Below, in pieces: positions 35,776-48,089 of a DNA stretch of 64,000 bases. Origin of the DNA: Pachysolen tannophilus NRRL Y-2460 (lineage: Eukaryota); contig KV454011.1 of assembly GCA_001661245.1 (NCBI GenBank), forward strand, positions 1,328,724 to 1,392,723. The letters are read 5' to 3'. Made by a program: the position numbers and the translations under genes. The notes under the pieces were generated by a model. That model made no database searches, had not been told where the DNA came from, and saw only the letters and a program-made list of their open reading frames with translations. Numbering within the stretch: position 1 is the first letter of the stretch; each line of letters starts with the position of its first letter.

Positions 35776-36696
35776 TTAAGGAATAATTGACTCAGATATT
35801 CTGAGATCTTTAACTACTGGTTCTTCTGTATTTTCTTTAACAATTTGATCGTAAAAAATTTTCAACGAATATAAGATTATCCAATTAGATCTAAATCTCG
35901 GCTTAAAGATAGGAACACCTACTCTTGACCTTGGAGAAGTCTCAATGTCAATATTAATGGTCTCATCATTATTATTATCATTATCATTATTATTATCATT
36001 ATTAGGTCTTAAAGTAGATTGCACATGTGTATTACGAATTTGAGAATCAACAGTATTTCTAGTATCAATATCCAGATACCGCTGTTGCTGTTGCTGTTGC
36101 TGTTGTGATTGTGATTGCAACACTGATTCTGAAACTTCACTGCTTCCACTTGAATCTAATTCCAAATTGACATTTATTGTTGCTAAATTTGGATTCAATA
36201 GTCTATAACTACTTGGACCATTTCTCCTTCCATTACTTCTATTTATCAATGCTCTTCCTTCTTCCGCCAAATCTTGATTGTTAATTGGCAACTCTTGTCT
36301 GCTCATGTTACTATGATTTCTAAAAACTTCAAACACTGGCACCATGAATAAATTTGAAAACTTGGTACAAACAATTTTGCAAAGATGATGCAATAGAGAC
36401 AATGGGAATTTTGATAAGTGATCTAGTTTAAATCGATTATATAAAAACTGTGAAATATCTTTAATTTTCTTGGAAAAATTTTGAAATATAATTAAATGAG
36501 TTCGATTAATTGAAACGTTTAAGCCCAAGATTAGGGCAACATCTTTAGAAGAAATTTTTTTTGTGAATTCTCTGGATAATATCAACCTGAATAACTTGTA
36601 TCTTTTTTCTCTATGAACAGCATTTAAATTATTATCGTTTAAGTTTTTCCTATTCATGGAATGACGATCATTTTGAGATATTGAAAGAATTGGCAT
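35776..36696 (-). CDS. Hypothetical protein
   Basis: 306-aa ATG ORF with polyQ/N tracts; no family recognised. Confidence 0.6.
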   Translation of the reverse strand: MPILSISQNDRHSMNRKNLNDNNLNAVHREKRYKLFRLILSREFTKKISSKDVALILGLNVSINRTHLIIFQNFSKKIKDISQFLYNRFKLDHLSKFPLSLLHHLCKIVCTKFSNLFMVPVFEVFRNHSNMSRQELPINNQDLAEEGRALINRSNGRRNGPSSYRLLNPNLATINVNLELDSSGSSEVSESVLQSQSQQQQQQQQRYLDIDTRNTVDSQIRNTHVQSTLRPNNDNNNDNDNNNDETINIDIETSPRSRVGVPIFKPRFRSNWIILYSLKIFYDQIVKENTEEPVVKDLRISESIIP

Positions 36697-37212
36697 TGTT
36701 GCTTAAACTTGACAAGAAGATAATCCAATAAAATAAAACTTGAATGCCAATATCATATCTACTTCAATTCTATTTCAACTGTGTTATCGTCGGTTCCTTC
36801 TTTTGTGTAATGGTAAAACTCTGAAAAGTTCACCAACTTGCATAATCTTGAGTAATCATTAGTACCGCCCTTTTTTTTGCCTTTGAATGCGTTTATCTCC
36901 ATGAAACTTTTAAATGATGGTATTAAAGAAGAATTAATCATAAATCAAATCCTGAATGAATGAATGATTATAGATTTTTTTTTATTTACAGAAACCACAA
37001 TTGGATGTGAAAGTTAAATTAAAATTCAGTTCAGTTCGATTTGACTAATATAAAAAAAAAAAAGAAAAAACATATATAATTAATAAAAGCAGTTAAAATA
37101 AGAGTTAATTGACCAAAGAATAAAATGAAAAAAAAAAACTAAAAACCAAAATCTTTTTTATGTTTATTTTATTTGGATAGATATGGTTGAAAAGTTTTTC
37201 TATTTTCTTTAT

Positions 37213-38463
37213 CTAGTTCTTGTTTGATAAGTAGACAACACCTGGTAACTCCTTACCTTCCAATAACTCTAATGAAGCACCACCACCTGTGGAGACGTGT
37301 GACAACTTATCAGCACCACCGAATTTCTTGGCGACAGTAGCGGTATCACCACCACCGACAATAACAGTAGCACCTGACTCTGCAGCCTTGACTGTGGCAG
37401 CTAACATATCTTTTGTACCTGCAGCGAAACTATCAAATTCGAAAACACCTGGTGGACCGTTCCAAACAATTGTCTTTGATTTGGCAATAGCATCTGCAAA
37501 TAATTTTCTTGATTTTGGACCTGCATCCAAACCCATCCATTTATCTGGGATACCTTCTTCAACTGTTGCACTTGAGATTTTAGCATCTTTATCGAATTTA
37601 TCAGCAGTGACAAAATCAATTGGAAGAATAACTTCAACGTTATTTTTCTTTGCCTTTGCAATTAAATCTGGAACAATTTTAGCACCAGCTTCATCAAATA
37701 AAGAATCACCGATTGAAGTACCTTTAATAACCTTATTGAAAGTGAAAGCCATACCACCACCAATGATAATAACATCAACTTTATCCAATAAATTATCAAT
37801 CAATTGAATTTTATCAGAAACTTTAGCACCACCCAAGATAGCTAAAAATGGTCTAACTGGATTCTCTAAAGCTTTTGCAAAATATTCCAATTCTTTTGCC
37901 ATTAAGAAACCAGCAGCTCTTTGAGGTAAATCAAAACCAACCATAGAAGAATGAGCTCTATGAGCAGTTCCAAAAGCATCATTGATATAAACATCTGCCA
38001 ATGAAGTCAATTGTTGTCTAAATTTCTTAACAGCTTCACTTGAGGCCTTAATCTTTTGACCATCCTTCTTTTGTGATCCTTCTTCTTCAATATGGAAACG
38101 TAAATTTTCTAATAAGAAAATTTGACCATTATTCCCCTTGGCAACAGCTGCTTCTACCTCTGGACCAACACAATCATTAAGGAAAGTAACAGGTTGACCC
38201 AACAATTTAACCAATTCATCTGCAACAGGTTTCAATGAAAATTTGGCATTAACCTCACCATTTGGACGACCTAAATGAGAAGCTAATACAACAGTCTTTG
38301 GATTCTTCTCCAAAACATATTTGATAGTTGGTAAAGCAGCAACAATTCTTTGGTTATTTGTAATCGTAGTACCATCCAAAGGAACGTTGAAATCAACTCT
38401 AATGAAAACCCTTTTTCCAGTAACGTTGAGATCTTTTACTGAAAGTTTATTTGAAAGCGACAT
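37213..38463 (-). CDS. PGK1: Phosphoglycerate kinase
   Basis: [50 protein letters not shown]. Confidence 0.99.
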   Translation of the reverse strand: MSLSNKLSVKDLNVTGKRVFIRVDFNVPLDGTTITNNQRIVAALPTIKYVLEKNPKTVVLASHLGRPNGEVNAKFSLKPVADELVKLLGQPVTFLNDCVGPEVEAAVAKGNNGQIFLLENLRFHIEEEGSQKKDGQKIKASSEAVKKFRQQLTSLADVYINDAFGTAHRAHSSMVGFDLPQRAAGFLMAKELEYFAKALENPVRPFLAILGGAKVSDKIQLIDNLLDKVDVIIIGGGMAFTFNKVIKGTSIGDSLFDEAGAKIVPDLIAKAKKNNVEVILPIDFVTADKFDKDAKISSATVEEGIPDKWMGLDAGPKSRKLFADAIAKSKTIVWNGPPGVFEFDSFAAGTKDMLAATVKAAESGATVIVGGGDTATVAKKFGGADKLSHVSTGGGASLELLEGKELPGVVYLSNKN

Positions 38464-38870
38464 GTTTTAAAATCTTTTTTTTTAAAAAATTAGTTTTAAC
38501 CTTCTTTTCAATTAAACAAATTAAAATAAATTAAAACTTACTCTTTGATCAATTAATAAATCAAATTGAAATTGAAAATTGATAAATTAATTATTGAAAA
38601 CTAAATTAAACTGATTACAATTAATTAAATGGAAATATGGAAAGATGTTCTCCTTAAATAATTTTGCGTGTTGAGATTGATCATCATCATCATCACCTGC
38701 TGCTGAAAAAAAAAAATTCCTAAAAAAAAAACGTTTTCCTTTTGCGTGAGGAAGCCACCATTTGACAACCAACCGAATTTACGGGTCCGGGGGGATCAGC
38801 TGACAGTTTCAAGGCAAGGTGTAGACAGGTAGAGAGAAACAGTTTTAAGGCAGTTGAATATAGAAAGGTG

Positions 38871-38896
38871 GTGAGTGAGTGAGTGAGTGAGTGAGT
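38871..38896. repeat. (GAGT)n microsatellite
   Basis: About 6 tandem GAGT units upstream of PGK1. Confidence 0.8.
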
Positions 38897-39056
38897 AATG
38901 GAAGAAGGTTTATGAAAGGTTTTGTAGGAGACGGGTATTGATTAAGATGTATTGATTTTTTAAAAGAACAAGAGGTATGTCGGAGAACCGTTATCCATCC
39001 ATCTTCATTTATTATTATTCTTTTTTTTCTTTTACTTTTTAACAAAGAAAAAATAA

Positions 39057-41525
39057 TCATATATAATAATTGTTGCTACTTACATCGGAAGATTCTTCAT
39101 TGTTGAAAGGACAAGCCAATTCGGGACTTGGACTCATTGTGTTGTAGTATTTTAAGAGTTGTTCTTCTCGCAGTTGTCCTAAACATGGTTCAAAAACCAT
39201 TCTTCTTCTTTCGTGTTCTTCAAAAAAATTCATAAATGAATTGAAATCAACTTCATCGCATTTCTGTGCTCTAATGTTTTCTTGTTCAGAGTTATCATTG
39301 ATTTTATTTTTCAAAATTGGTCTTTGTTGGAATTGTTGGTGGAATGATTGTTGATTGGAAGATTGCTGATGTTGTTGGTAATTTGACTTTGAAATTTGAT
39401 CATCTTCAGATTCAGCTTCAACTAAATTCATATCAGTTTCTGTTTCCACTTCAGTTCCCACTTCTGTTTCTTTATCTTTATCTTTCTTCTTCTCCTTATC
39501 CTGACTTGATAATGATAATTTACTCAATGATCGTGAAATTCTTCTTCCTATAGAATCTGAAAAAAATGAATTACTACGATGAATTTTTTTATAATCATCA
39601 ACACAAAATGTAATATTGGCACTAAGATTACTTGTTGATTCAATCTTTTCCAATTCATTTTGATTGTTCTTCTTTGCTGGTAAAATGGAAGTACAACTTT
39701 CATTACCATCGTATAATAATAATTCTGCTTTTTCTCCAAATCTAATCTTACATTTATGTTGATTATTATGAACTTGAATATTAGAAAGAGGAGGAGGAGG
39801 AAGAGAAGAAGAAGGAGGAGCCTGATAACTTGGTGAATACCGATTTGGATTTGGATTTGGATTTGGAGATTGAATCTCAATCAAATATTCTAAATCTTCT
39901 TCGTTAATTGTTCCTTGTGAAAATTCAGATACAATATATGAAATATCAATTTCCTTTTTCCTAAAAGCTGGAATATTTATCGAAATGGGGGAAAATGGTT
40001 CTATTAATGAACAACCACTCGCATTCCCACTTCCAGGCTCGTTCCCATTCCCATTCCCACTTGCAATCTTATTCTCATTTCCCATTCCTTTTCCTTTGAA
40101 CGTTTCTTCATCCTTATTTGCAACTGTCTTTGAATTAACATTGTGTATAGCCTTCTTCAAAATATTTAATAAATTAGCATTTCTATATTCACCAACATCC
40201 AATGATCCTAATGAAATATCAACAGATTCAATTGGAGAATAAGTATTGGTTTTGTCTAAAGGCTTGAAACTCTCTGTGTCAAGAAACGGTGATAAATATT
40301 GTCCCTCTTCTTGAGTGGTTTCCAATTTTGGTTCATCATTATATAATTCTTCTTCTTCCTCTTCTTCTTCTTCTTGATCGTTCAAAGAAATCGCAGATGA
40401 GCCAACAGATCCAATAGCTTCCTCAAAAAGTTTCCCAGAATTTTCTGATTTATTCTCAACGTTATCATTACCATTACGAGCATCATCCATGTGGAAACTT
40501 AATCTTCTATTAAAATTAAAAGAATCTTGAGGAAAACTTTTAAACAAAGTCATCTTATCACCTTCATTTCTTAAAGAAGTAAATATATCATCAAGATCGT
40601 CTTCTCTAAAATGATTAAAACAAGATAAACTTCTTCTCTTATTATCAAATGAATTTTCAATCTCTTCATTAATATTTTCAACTTTAGATTCATTTTCTTG
40701 AAATTCTTTATAATCTTTTCCCCTTCCATTCTCTTCTTCAACCGACAATTCAGAATTATTATTAAAGTTGAAATTGAATTTCTCTGCTTTAGCAAGCTCA
40801 GCAGTATCTAAAGCTTCCACCAATTTCCCTGTTTCAAAACTTTTTGGGCTCATATCTTGTTCTCTAATTAAAATTCTATTACATGCATTCGATGCCTTCT
40901 TGAAAACCTTATGCAAAGTCTTGAAGTTATGATTACCATGCTGTTTACCATTACTATACTCTGAGATAAACTCACCGCTAGTAGATGTTGGAAAAGTGGA
41001 AGCATCGTTGCAAAGACTACCTTTAAAACTATTCTCTTTATCAAAAATATTCTCTTGCCAAGAATCACTATCAGTGGAATCACAAAGTGGGAGTGATACA
41101 GGATTATCACGAGAAATGTTTTTCCTTCTCAACGAAAAACCACTAGTCAAACGATTACGACTATTAATATTACTATTATTATTATTATGATCATGGTTAT
41201 GATGAAATGGAATGTCATTGGAATCTGTCTTGGAACGTTTGATAAACTTTCGAAACTTCCTCCTTGAAAAAGTATCATTCTCTACCTCAAATTCACTTGA
41301 TGTAGAAGGTCTAGGCCTTTTTGAACCATTTGATGACTTTAACTTGGAGTTCTTAAAAGTCTTAGAGTCTTTATAGCTCTCTTGCTCATTAGATTCTGTA
41401 ATCAGTTCCGAAGTTGGACTTGTCAAAATATTGCAATGACTGATATGCGTAGAGTCCAAAATATTACCATTGATTAAATCAATTATATTTGAAGCACAAC
41501 CTCCTTCATGTCCTGTTACAGTCAT
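39057..41525 (-). CDS. GIP1: Gip1-like sporulation PP1 (Glc7) targeting subunit
   Basis: RVxF-like KIRF, then PILKNK (SILK-like), then RAQKCDEV..F..FF..E..R..REEQL.KYY, matching the Gip1 C-terminus as recalled. Confidence 0.7.
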   Translation of the reverse strand: MTVTGHEGGCASNIIDLINGNILDSTHISHCNILTSPTSELITESNEQESYKDSKTFKNSKLKSSNGSKRPRPSTSSEFEVENDTFSRRKFRKFIKRSKTDSNDIPFHHNHDHNNNNSNINSRNRLTSGFSLRRKNISRDNPVSLPLCDSTDSDSWQENIFDKENSFKGSLCNDASTFPTSTSGEFISEYSNGKQHGNHNFKTLHKVFKKASNACNRILIREQDMSPKSFETGKLVEALDTAELAKAEKFNFNFNNNSELSVEEENGRGKDYKEFQENESKVENINEEIENSFDNKRRSLSCFNHFREDDLDDIFTSLRNEGDKMTLFKSFPQDSFNFNRRLSFHMDDARNGNDNVENKSENSGKLFEEAIGSVGSSAISLNDQEEEEEEEEELYNDEPKLETTQEEGQYLSPFLDTESFKPLDKTNTYSPIESVDISLGSLDVGEYRNANLLNILKKAIHNVNSKTVANKDEETFKGKGMGNENKIASGNGNGNEPGSGNASGCSLIEPFSPISINIPAFRKKEIDISYIVSEFSQGTINEEDLEYLIEIQSPNPNPNPNRYSPSYQAPPSSSLPPPPLSNIQVHNNQHKCKIRFGEKAELLLYDGNESCTSILPAKKNNQNELEKIESTSNLSANITFCVDDYKKIHRSNSFFSDSIGRRISRSLSKLSLSSQDKEKKKDKDKETEVGTEVETETDMNLVEAESEDDQISKSNYQQHQQSSNQQSFHQQFQQRPILKNKINDNSEQENIRAQKCDEVDFNSFMNFFEEHERRRMVFEPCLGQLREEQLLKYYNTMSPSPELACPFNNEESSDVSSNNYYI

Positions 41526-42136
41526 ACTTTGAATTGCTATTTTGAAGCAAAAAATTTATAGCGATTTGCAAAGAAATAATAATAAAAATAAAAAAAAAAA
41601 GTTAAAAACTACTTATTAATAATTGGTGAAAGAAAAGTTTTTTAAAATAAATAGAAAAATAATACTAGCAACAATAATGAAAAGATAGATATGGCAAATA
41701 ATAAAAAAAAAATATAGCTAGATCTAGTATACCTTGATTAATATATATATATAATCATTGCACAATTTTGACTTAACTACTTTAAAAATAAAAGTGTCTT
41801 TATTCTTTTTTTTCTTCTTCCAAAAAATTGGCGTACAATAAAATAAGTTTAGTACCCCAACTAAAACTTTCGTCTTTTCTCCTCTTTCCACTGTTGGTTT
41901 CCATGGACTTTTCAGACTCAAACAGAAAAGCTTTGCTCTGCTTAAACCATGTTTCAGTGCAAGAGAAAGTCATGAAAACTAATGATTTTGTGTAAGTTGC
42001 AAAAACAAAAACAATTCATCAAAACGCAGCCGCACCTAAAGAGGCGGAAATACGCACATTAGTGCATAAACACACATATGAACATACAAAGACATAATAA
42101 TCTTTTTGGGTTTATTTTTTTATCTTCTGTTCCATT

Positions 42137-43933
42137 TCAGTTCGCAAAATCTGATGAGAGTATAGTTTTTTCACCTGATTTGGTACGAGTAATTTTGAAA
42201 TGAAGATTGCTCAAGTATAATTCTTCCAATTGATCTAAATTCTTCAAAAAAATGCCTTTGATTATATCATTATGAAGAAATTCTTTTAAAACGTCATAAA
42301 AGACAACCATCAATTTATCAAATTGTTCAAATTTTGGATATGTTATATCTGTATTATAGTTCAAAAAATTTCCACCACGGGTTGTTTTTATAAAATTTCT
42401 TGGATATGATAAAAAATCTAATGAGGAACTAGTTGAAAATTTCCGAAATACACTTGCATAGGAAAGGTCTATACGACTAAATTTTTCCCATTCTTCAAAT
42501 AGAGCAGAAATATTACTTATCCATTGATGAGGAAAACCATCTAGGCAATATTCACACCACTCACACCTTAATTTAAATTCTTCAAAAAGTTTATCAAGGA
42601 TTTCTCTGTAATTATCTGAAAAATAGATAAATGGTATTATAAAATTATGTATCAAGATTTTTTTCAAATTCTTTAATGAAACTAATTGTTTTAAAAAACT
42701 ATTCCTGATACATGAATTATAAGGGTTTGGCGATTTGGATTGTTCTTTTGAAGTTGAGATATACAACATGAAATATTCCAACAATTTCCCATTTTTTTTC
42801 AAAACCAGTTTAAGAAAAGCACAATACAAGTCCAATATAATTGCCCAACTGTATTTTTTCTCATAATTTAAAACAATTGATAATTTTTCCAAATTTAAGT
42901 AATTGACGCTATATTCAGTGTTGGAAGTAAATATTGGAATTTCTTGAATATTATCGGTAATTACTGCAACATCAGATTGCATGAATAACAGTTCTACTTC
43001 ACGCATATTTGCTTCAGATTGTTCTATTATCAGTAAATCATTAAACATTGAAAATACTAATGGAAGAACAACTTTTAAAGTCTTGCCTAAATTTATTTCA
43101 ATTTCTAAATTTTTTAATAAATTTAAGTTAATTATTGAATTAAAATTAATCATATATTTCGATAATTCGTTTTCATATGAAACAATTCCTTCATATGTAT
43201 TATCATTGATTATCTTGACAATTAAAGTAGTTAAAGTTAATTTAACGTTAGGTGCTTCATATCTTCTTTTTTTTAACACCACATCAGGATATAAGTTATA
43301 ATGTCCTTTTTGATAATTTGAATCAAATAATGAATTAAATACAATTTTTTCAAATTTTTGTAATTTATTAATTGTTCTTGAATAAATCGTCAAGTGGTCA
43401 ATTTGTCTAAGAAATTTCAATTCAGAACTTGTTAAATATCCAAAATAAAATGCCAAATCAAGGTTTAGCTCTAAAGATGTAATATTTTTAATCGTTGAAT
43501 CTCCCATAGTACTCAATACATATAATGAATCAAATGAATGAACTCTGATAGGAACAGATTTTAACAAGATTAAAGGTAGCTCCAGATTTTGAGAGGGCGC
43601 CCACCATTCAATCAAATTATCCATCTCATTATTTGAATATATTCTCTTTATATATTTATTCTTAGATTTCAACAACTCATATCCAATTACATCCAACTTG
43701 ATTATCGTAACCTTACTGTTTGCATCTCTAAAATTCTGCCTAAACCTATAAGCATTCTTATCACACGGATGCCACAGCTTATCAACCAACAATATATTAT
43801 CAAAAATCAATCCATTGCAAATACTATTGAAAAACTTATTAGTAACCGATAATGAAAGTTGATCTCTTATCGGTAAAAAATCTAAAGTCGTTTCTAAAAT
43901 CTCTTTCGGAAAAGATTCCAACGTCCAAGTCAT
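42137..43933 (-). CDS. F-box protein, lineage-specific
   Basis: N-terminal LESFPKEILETTLDFLPIRDQLSLSVTNKFF; LRR-like repeats downstream. Confidence 0.75.
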   Translation of the reverse strand: MTWTLESFPKEILETTLDFLPIRDQLSLSVTNKFFNSICNGLIFDNILLVDKLWHPCDKNAYRFRQNFRDANSKVTIIKLDVIGYELLKSKNKYIKRIYSNNEMDNLIEWWAPSQNLELPLILLKSVPIRVHSFDSLYVLSTMGDSTIKNITSLELNLDLAFYFGYLTSSELKFLRQIDHLTIYSRTINKLQKFEKIVFNSLFDSNYQKGHYNLYPDVVLKKRRYEAPNVKLTLTTLIVKIINDNTYEGIVSYENELSKYMINFNSIINLNLLKNLEIEINLGKTLKVVLPLVFSMFNDLLIIEQSEANMREVELLFMQSDVAVITDNIQEIPIFTSNTEYSVNYLNLEKLSIVLNYEKKYSWAIILDLYCAFLKLVLKKNGKLLEYFMLYISTSKEQSKSPNPYNSCIRNSFLKQLVSLKNLKKILIHNFIIPFIYFSDNYREILDKLFEEFKLRCEWCEYCLDGFPHQWISNISALFEEWEKFSRIDLSYASVFRKFSTSSSLDFLSYPRNFIKTTRGGNFLNYNTDITYPKFEQFDKLMVVFYDVLKEFLHNDIIKGIFLKNLDQLEELYLSNLHFKITRTKSGEKTILSSDFAN

Positions 43934-44450
43934 TACTAAAGAAATTGAAATTAACTGAATTGAAATAAATGAAAAGCCAAAATTACATTATTTGCCTTGC
44001 CCGAGAAAGTCTTCATTCATTATATATATATATATATATATATATTTAAATATATTGTGCGTTTATCAGTAATTGATATTGAAGGTACCTTAAAAAGGAA
44101 ATTTCAGACCAAGTCAAACTACCATCAACACCACATCATCAGCGATATTAAAGAACAAGAGATATCGAAGGTCACGTTAGGTTGGTAGAGGTCAGTAGAT
44201 ACCGAGAGAGTTAGAAAGTTATTATTAGTCTACAGATTCCTGATGTTTTTAAGAGGTCTAATTTAATAGTAAATAATTTTAGAATTTACATAAATAGGTT
44301 CTCAGTGGAGATTAAATGAAAACCAAGCTAAATAAGTTGAAAAAAAAAATTAAGAGCATAATTCCGTAAAAACGAACATAGTAGTGTGTTATTGTATGTC
44401 TGAGCTGGTGGGTGTATTTGAGCGGGCGGATGGGTCACAGAGTCTCTTCT

Positions 44451-45941
44451 TCAGGCGATTGGGTTTTCCAATTTGACTCTTATAGCCTTAACCTGAGTGT
44501 AGTTTTCAAAAGCTTCAACACCCATTTCTCTACCAATACCAGATTGCTTGTAACCACCGAATGGGACTTGATGATGTAAATCATTGTAGGTGTTGACCCA
44601 GACAGTACCTGCCTTCAATCTATGAGCAACATTGATAGCCTTATTGATATCTCTTGAGTTAACACCTGCGGCTAAACCAAATGTTGAATCATTTGCCATT
44701 TCTACAACTTGATCAACAGTGCTAAACTTGGACAATGTGGTGACAGGACCAAAAATTTCTTCTTTAACAATACGATAATCTTCACGGTCTGTTAGGAAAA
44801 TTGTTGGTTCAACAAAATAACCTCTCTTACCGATTCTCTTACCACCAGTTAATATTTTGGCACCTTCTTTAACACCTATTTGAATATAATCCAAAACAGT
44901 TTGGAATTGATCAGGAGTAGCTTGAGCACCTTGGAATACACCTTTTTCAAATGGGTTACCAACTTTAATACTTTCAAAAGCTTTTTTCAACATTGCAGTA
45001 AACTTATCATAGATGGCATCTTGAACATAAACTCTAGTACCAGCACAACAAACTTCACCACCATTGAACAAGACTCCAGTAACAACATTTTGTACAGCTA
45101 ATTCTAAATTTGCATCAGCAAATACAATATTTGGAGATTTACCACCTAATTCTAAAGTGACTTTTTTAATATTTGATTCACCAGCACCTACCATAACATC
45201 TCTACCAACTTCAGTTGATCCAGTAAATGCAACTTTCATAATTCTTTTATGATGAACAATAGCATTACCACAAGATCTTCCTGAACCAGGGATAATGTTA
45301 ACAACACCTGGAGGAATACCAGCTTCCTTAACCAACTGTGCAGTATACAATGCAGACAAAGGTGTTGCAGATGCAGGCTTCAAGATAACTGTGTTACCAG
45401 AAACAATAGCTGGACCAACCTTCCAAGCCCACATCATAATTGGGAAATTCCATGGAATAATTTGACCACAAACACCTAAAGGTTCACGTCTTGTATAATT
45501 CAAGTATCCATCACCAGTATCAATACTTCTACCATCAATAAAATCGGAATAGCCAGCACATGATTTAAGATAATGAACAACCATGTTAAGATCCCATGAA
45601 GCAGAATCCAAAGATTTACCATTATCCAAAGATTCAATCTTGGTAATGATATCTTGATCTCTTTCAATTAATTCAGCCAATTTACGAACATATTCTGAAC
45701 GATCATCCGGTGTCAATGCACTCCATTTCTTAAAAGCCGCTTCTGCAGCATCCACTGCAACTTCTACATCCTTTGCATCTGCTTGTTGAAGTTCTGCTAA
45801 TAATGATTCATCAATAGGCGAGGTAACTTTAAAAGTCTTACCAGACCTTGCCTTGACAAATTCATTATTAATGAACAAACCAGTTGGTTGAACATAAGAT
45901 TCCCCAATAATTGGGAAAGTGATAGTAGTTGAGAGTGACAT
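44451..45941 (-). CDS. NAD(P)+-dependent aldehyde dehydrogenase, probably cytosolic
   Basis: GQIIPWNFP, FTGSTEVG, LELGGKSP, GEVCCAG, EEIFGP, PFGGYKQSG; no mitochondrial presequence. Confidence 0.96.
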   Translation of the reverse strand: MSLSTTITFPIIGESYVQPTGLFINNEFVKARSGKTFKVTSPIDESLLAELQQADAKDVEVAVDAAEAAFKKWSALTPDDRSEYVRKLAELIERDQDIITKIESLDNGKSLDSASWDLNMVVHYLKSCAGYSDFIDGRSIDTGDGYLNYTRREPLGVCGQIIPWNFPIMMWAWKVGPAIVSGNTVILKPASATPLSALYTAQLVKEAGIPPGVVNIIPGSGRSCGNAIVHHKRIMKVAFTGSTEVGRDVMVGAGESNIKKVTLELGGKSPNIVFADANLELAVQNVVTGVLFNGGEVCCAGTRVYVQDAIYDKFTAMLKKAFESIKVGNPFEKGVFQGAQATPDQFQTVLDYIQIGVKEGAKILTGGKRIGKRGYFVEPTIFLTDREDYRIVKEEIFGPVTTLSKFSTVDQVVEMANDSTFGLAAGVNSRDINKAINVAHRLKAGTVWVNTYNDLHHQVPFGGYKQSGIGREMGVEAFENYTQVKAIRVKLENPIA

Positions 45942-47291
45942 CTTTATAATTAATTCAATATTTTCTTTCCAGTTCTATAGAACATAAAAAAAAAAAAAAT
46001 ATCAAACAAATAATTATCAAAATTTAACAAACTCAAACAAGGTAATCTTTTTAACCTTTTTATAGCAATTTCAAATCAACCATTTTATAACTAGAACCCG
46101 ATTTCCGTAAATTATCTTCTGAATCTTTAAGAACTAAAATCATCTAAAGAATAATTATTAATATTATTAATATTATTTTATCGGACGACACTCAAACACT
46201 TGGATTATAAAACTTTCTTCATCACGTTATTAGGTGAACAAGAAGGACGAACGGGGTTCCAATCTACTAATACCTGGTTCCGAGAGCCAAAAAGACAAAC
46301 CAAACCGAACCAACCAAAAAATAAATAAATAATGGTACTGTATACCGCAAGTATTCTTTCTTCTTTCTCCGTTCCTTCTCTCCTCAGTTACTCCCATGGC
46401 CCATGGCCCATGGTCTATGAACAATGTGCCTCTTTACTTTCTCTCTTTCTCTCACATTTTTTCATTTAATTAATTACCTCTTAAGTGAACTTTCTAAAAG
46501 CTTAAACAGAAATGGCATGTTAAGTCCACATGTTCTAAGACAAGTTTCCATTTTAAAACTCCGTCTTCTCCAACATAAACCTTGCAAAATAACCAATTAA
46601 AAATCGAGCTGATACATTTTATTATACTATTATTAAACTTTCTACTTCAATCGGCTCCATTAAAACTAATGATAATTACCTCTTTACTTCACGGTACTTA
46701 CCGCCCCGCCAATTAATAATGATTTTAACCGACCGGGGAATAAATAAAAATCAACAACAACAACAACAGCAAAATATTGCTAATGCTAGCGCTAACCGAA
46801 TATTGATATTAATATTACTTATTTGTTTGCGAATGTCGGAGATTAAGGTCACCGAAAACCCTTCTCTTCTTCTTCTACATTTATGCTGCTCCCCTGTTTC
46901 TGTTTCTGTTTAAGACCTGACATCTAATTAATTAATTCTTTTAAAGTAATAAATATTAGTATATACAGAAAAGTCACATGCCATTCAGTGAATAAGTCTT
47001 TTTAATGCGATGATCAATCTTTTACCATTATTAATCCATCATCATTTTACAACCAACTAGCTAGCGAGAAAAACTAATCTAACCAGACTCTACTCTATTT
47101 CTAACCTTGTTCTTGGGAACTAGAACTCTTGATTATCAACAACTTTTTAATAATTAATTTATGGGCTAAAAAATTCCAACCCGCCAAAAAGCAAAGAAAA
47201 GCGAAAAAAAACACACATTGTATTTTTATAATCAAATTATGTTTTAGAAACAACGAGAAGAAACTGGGTTTTATCAGAGTTGTGATCTAAT

Positions 47292-48089
47292 ATGTCTAAG
47301 GTAGTAGCATCAGCGGAAATGGTAGACAGTGAGGAAGTGAATGAAGGTCCTCCATTAAAAAAATTCAAGATAGAAAAAATTGATAATAATGATAATCAAG
47401 GAGGAGAAAGTTTAACACAGACTTGGATCAATAATTACATTGATTCATTAATTATATCTGATTTTGAGACAAAGTCTCAACAGGAGGGGAATAAGGTGTT
47501 TAAACCTTTAGGAAATTTATCGAGGGAGAATATTGCTATTATTCGGAAAAATGATAATATTAAGAGAAGAATTAATCAATTATTAAGATTATTATTAGTT
47601 GAAGATAAAAATGAATTGTTAATAATATCGCAATCATCGAATATACAAAAAATGCTTTCAATATTAGAGATCTTGAAGAAAAAAATTAAGAATAACAAAT
47701 GTGAGAAATTTGAGAATGATGAAGATAATTTAATTGTAATTGGAAATAAACCTATCAATGGTGAATTCAAGTATAATTCTTTCCATCAATATAATCGATT
47801 AGAATCAATCACATCTGTACATAATCCGAACTACAAACAAAAAAATAAACCCCAACCTACTAAACAAGAGAAACCAGACCTGAGGGAACCAGATCTGAAG
47901 CATGAGACAATGAATATGAACAAAGACAAAAGCACTGAAACTTTTACTAAACTGCAATTAAGTGAGTTGAAAAATGGAAAATTATACAAGATACCAATAC
48001 TTTACGTTTACTTGAACGTTTTCAATACAAAGTCAAACACAGAAAAGAATGATGACTTGCTTCTAAACGGATGGACTTTCCAGCACTAG
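47292..48089 (+). CDS. Putative Alba-fold protein (Pop6/Rpp25-like?)
   Basis: IRKNDNIKRRI, IQKMLSILEILK, HQYNRL, IPILYVYL pattern typical of fungal Alba-like proteins. Confidence 0.5.
   Translation: MSKVVASAEMVDSEEVNEGPPLKKFKIEKIDNNDNQGGESLTQTWINNYIDSLIISDFETKSQQEGNKVFKPLGNLSRENIAIIRKNDNIKRRINQLLRLLLVEDKNELLIISQSSNIQKMLSILEILKKKIKNNKCEKFENDEDNLIVIGNKPINGEFKYNSFHQYNRLESITSVHNPNYKQKNKPQPTKQEKPDLREPDLKHETMNMNKDKSTETFTKLQLSELKNGKLYKIPILYVYLNVFNTKSNTEKNDDLLLNGWTFQH

Noticed and set aside
37289..37807. 172-aa ORF antisense to PGK1 (and similar antisense ORFs over MNP1, MON2, HAC1, CHS genes)
   Set aside because: Shadow ORFs from codon bias of the real genes.
38871..38896. Repeated GTGAGT as splice donors
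   Set aside because: Simple tetranucleotide microsatellite in intergenic DNA, opposite strand to the flanking genes.
42045..42064. CGGAAATACGCACATTAGTG resembles part of U4 snRNA
   Set aside because: The flanking U4 5' end, kink-turn continuation and Sm site are absent; chance similarity.
46392..46413. (CCCATGG)3 repeat in the ALD promoter
   Set aside because: Short tandem repeat with no supporting function.
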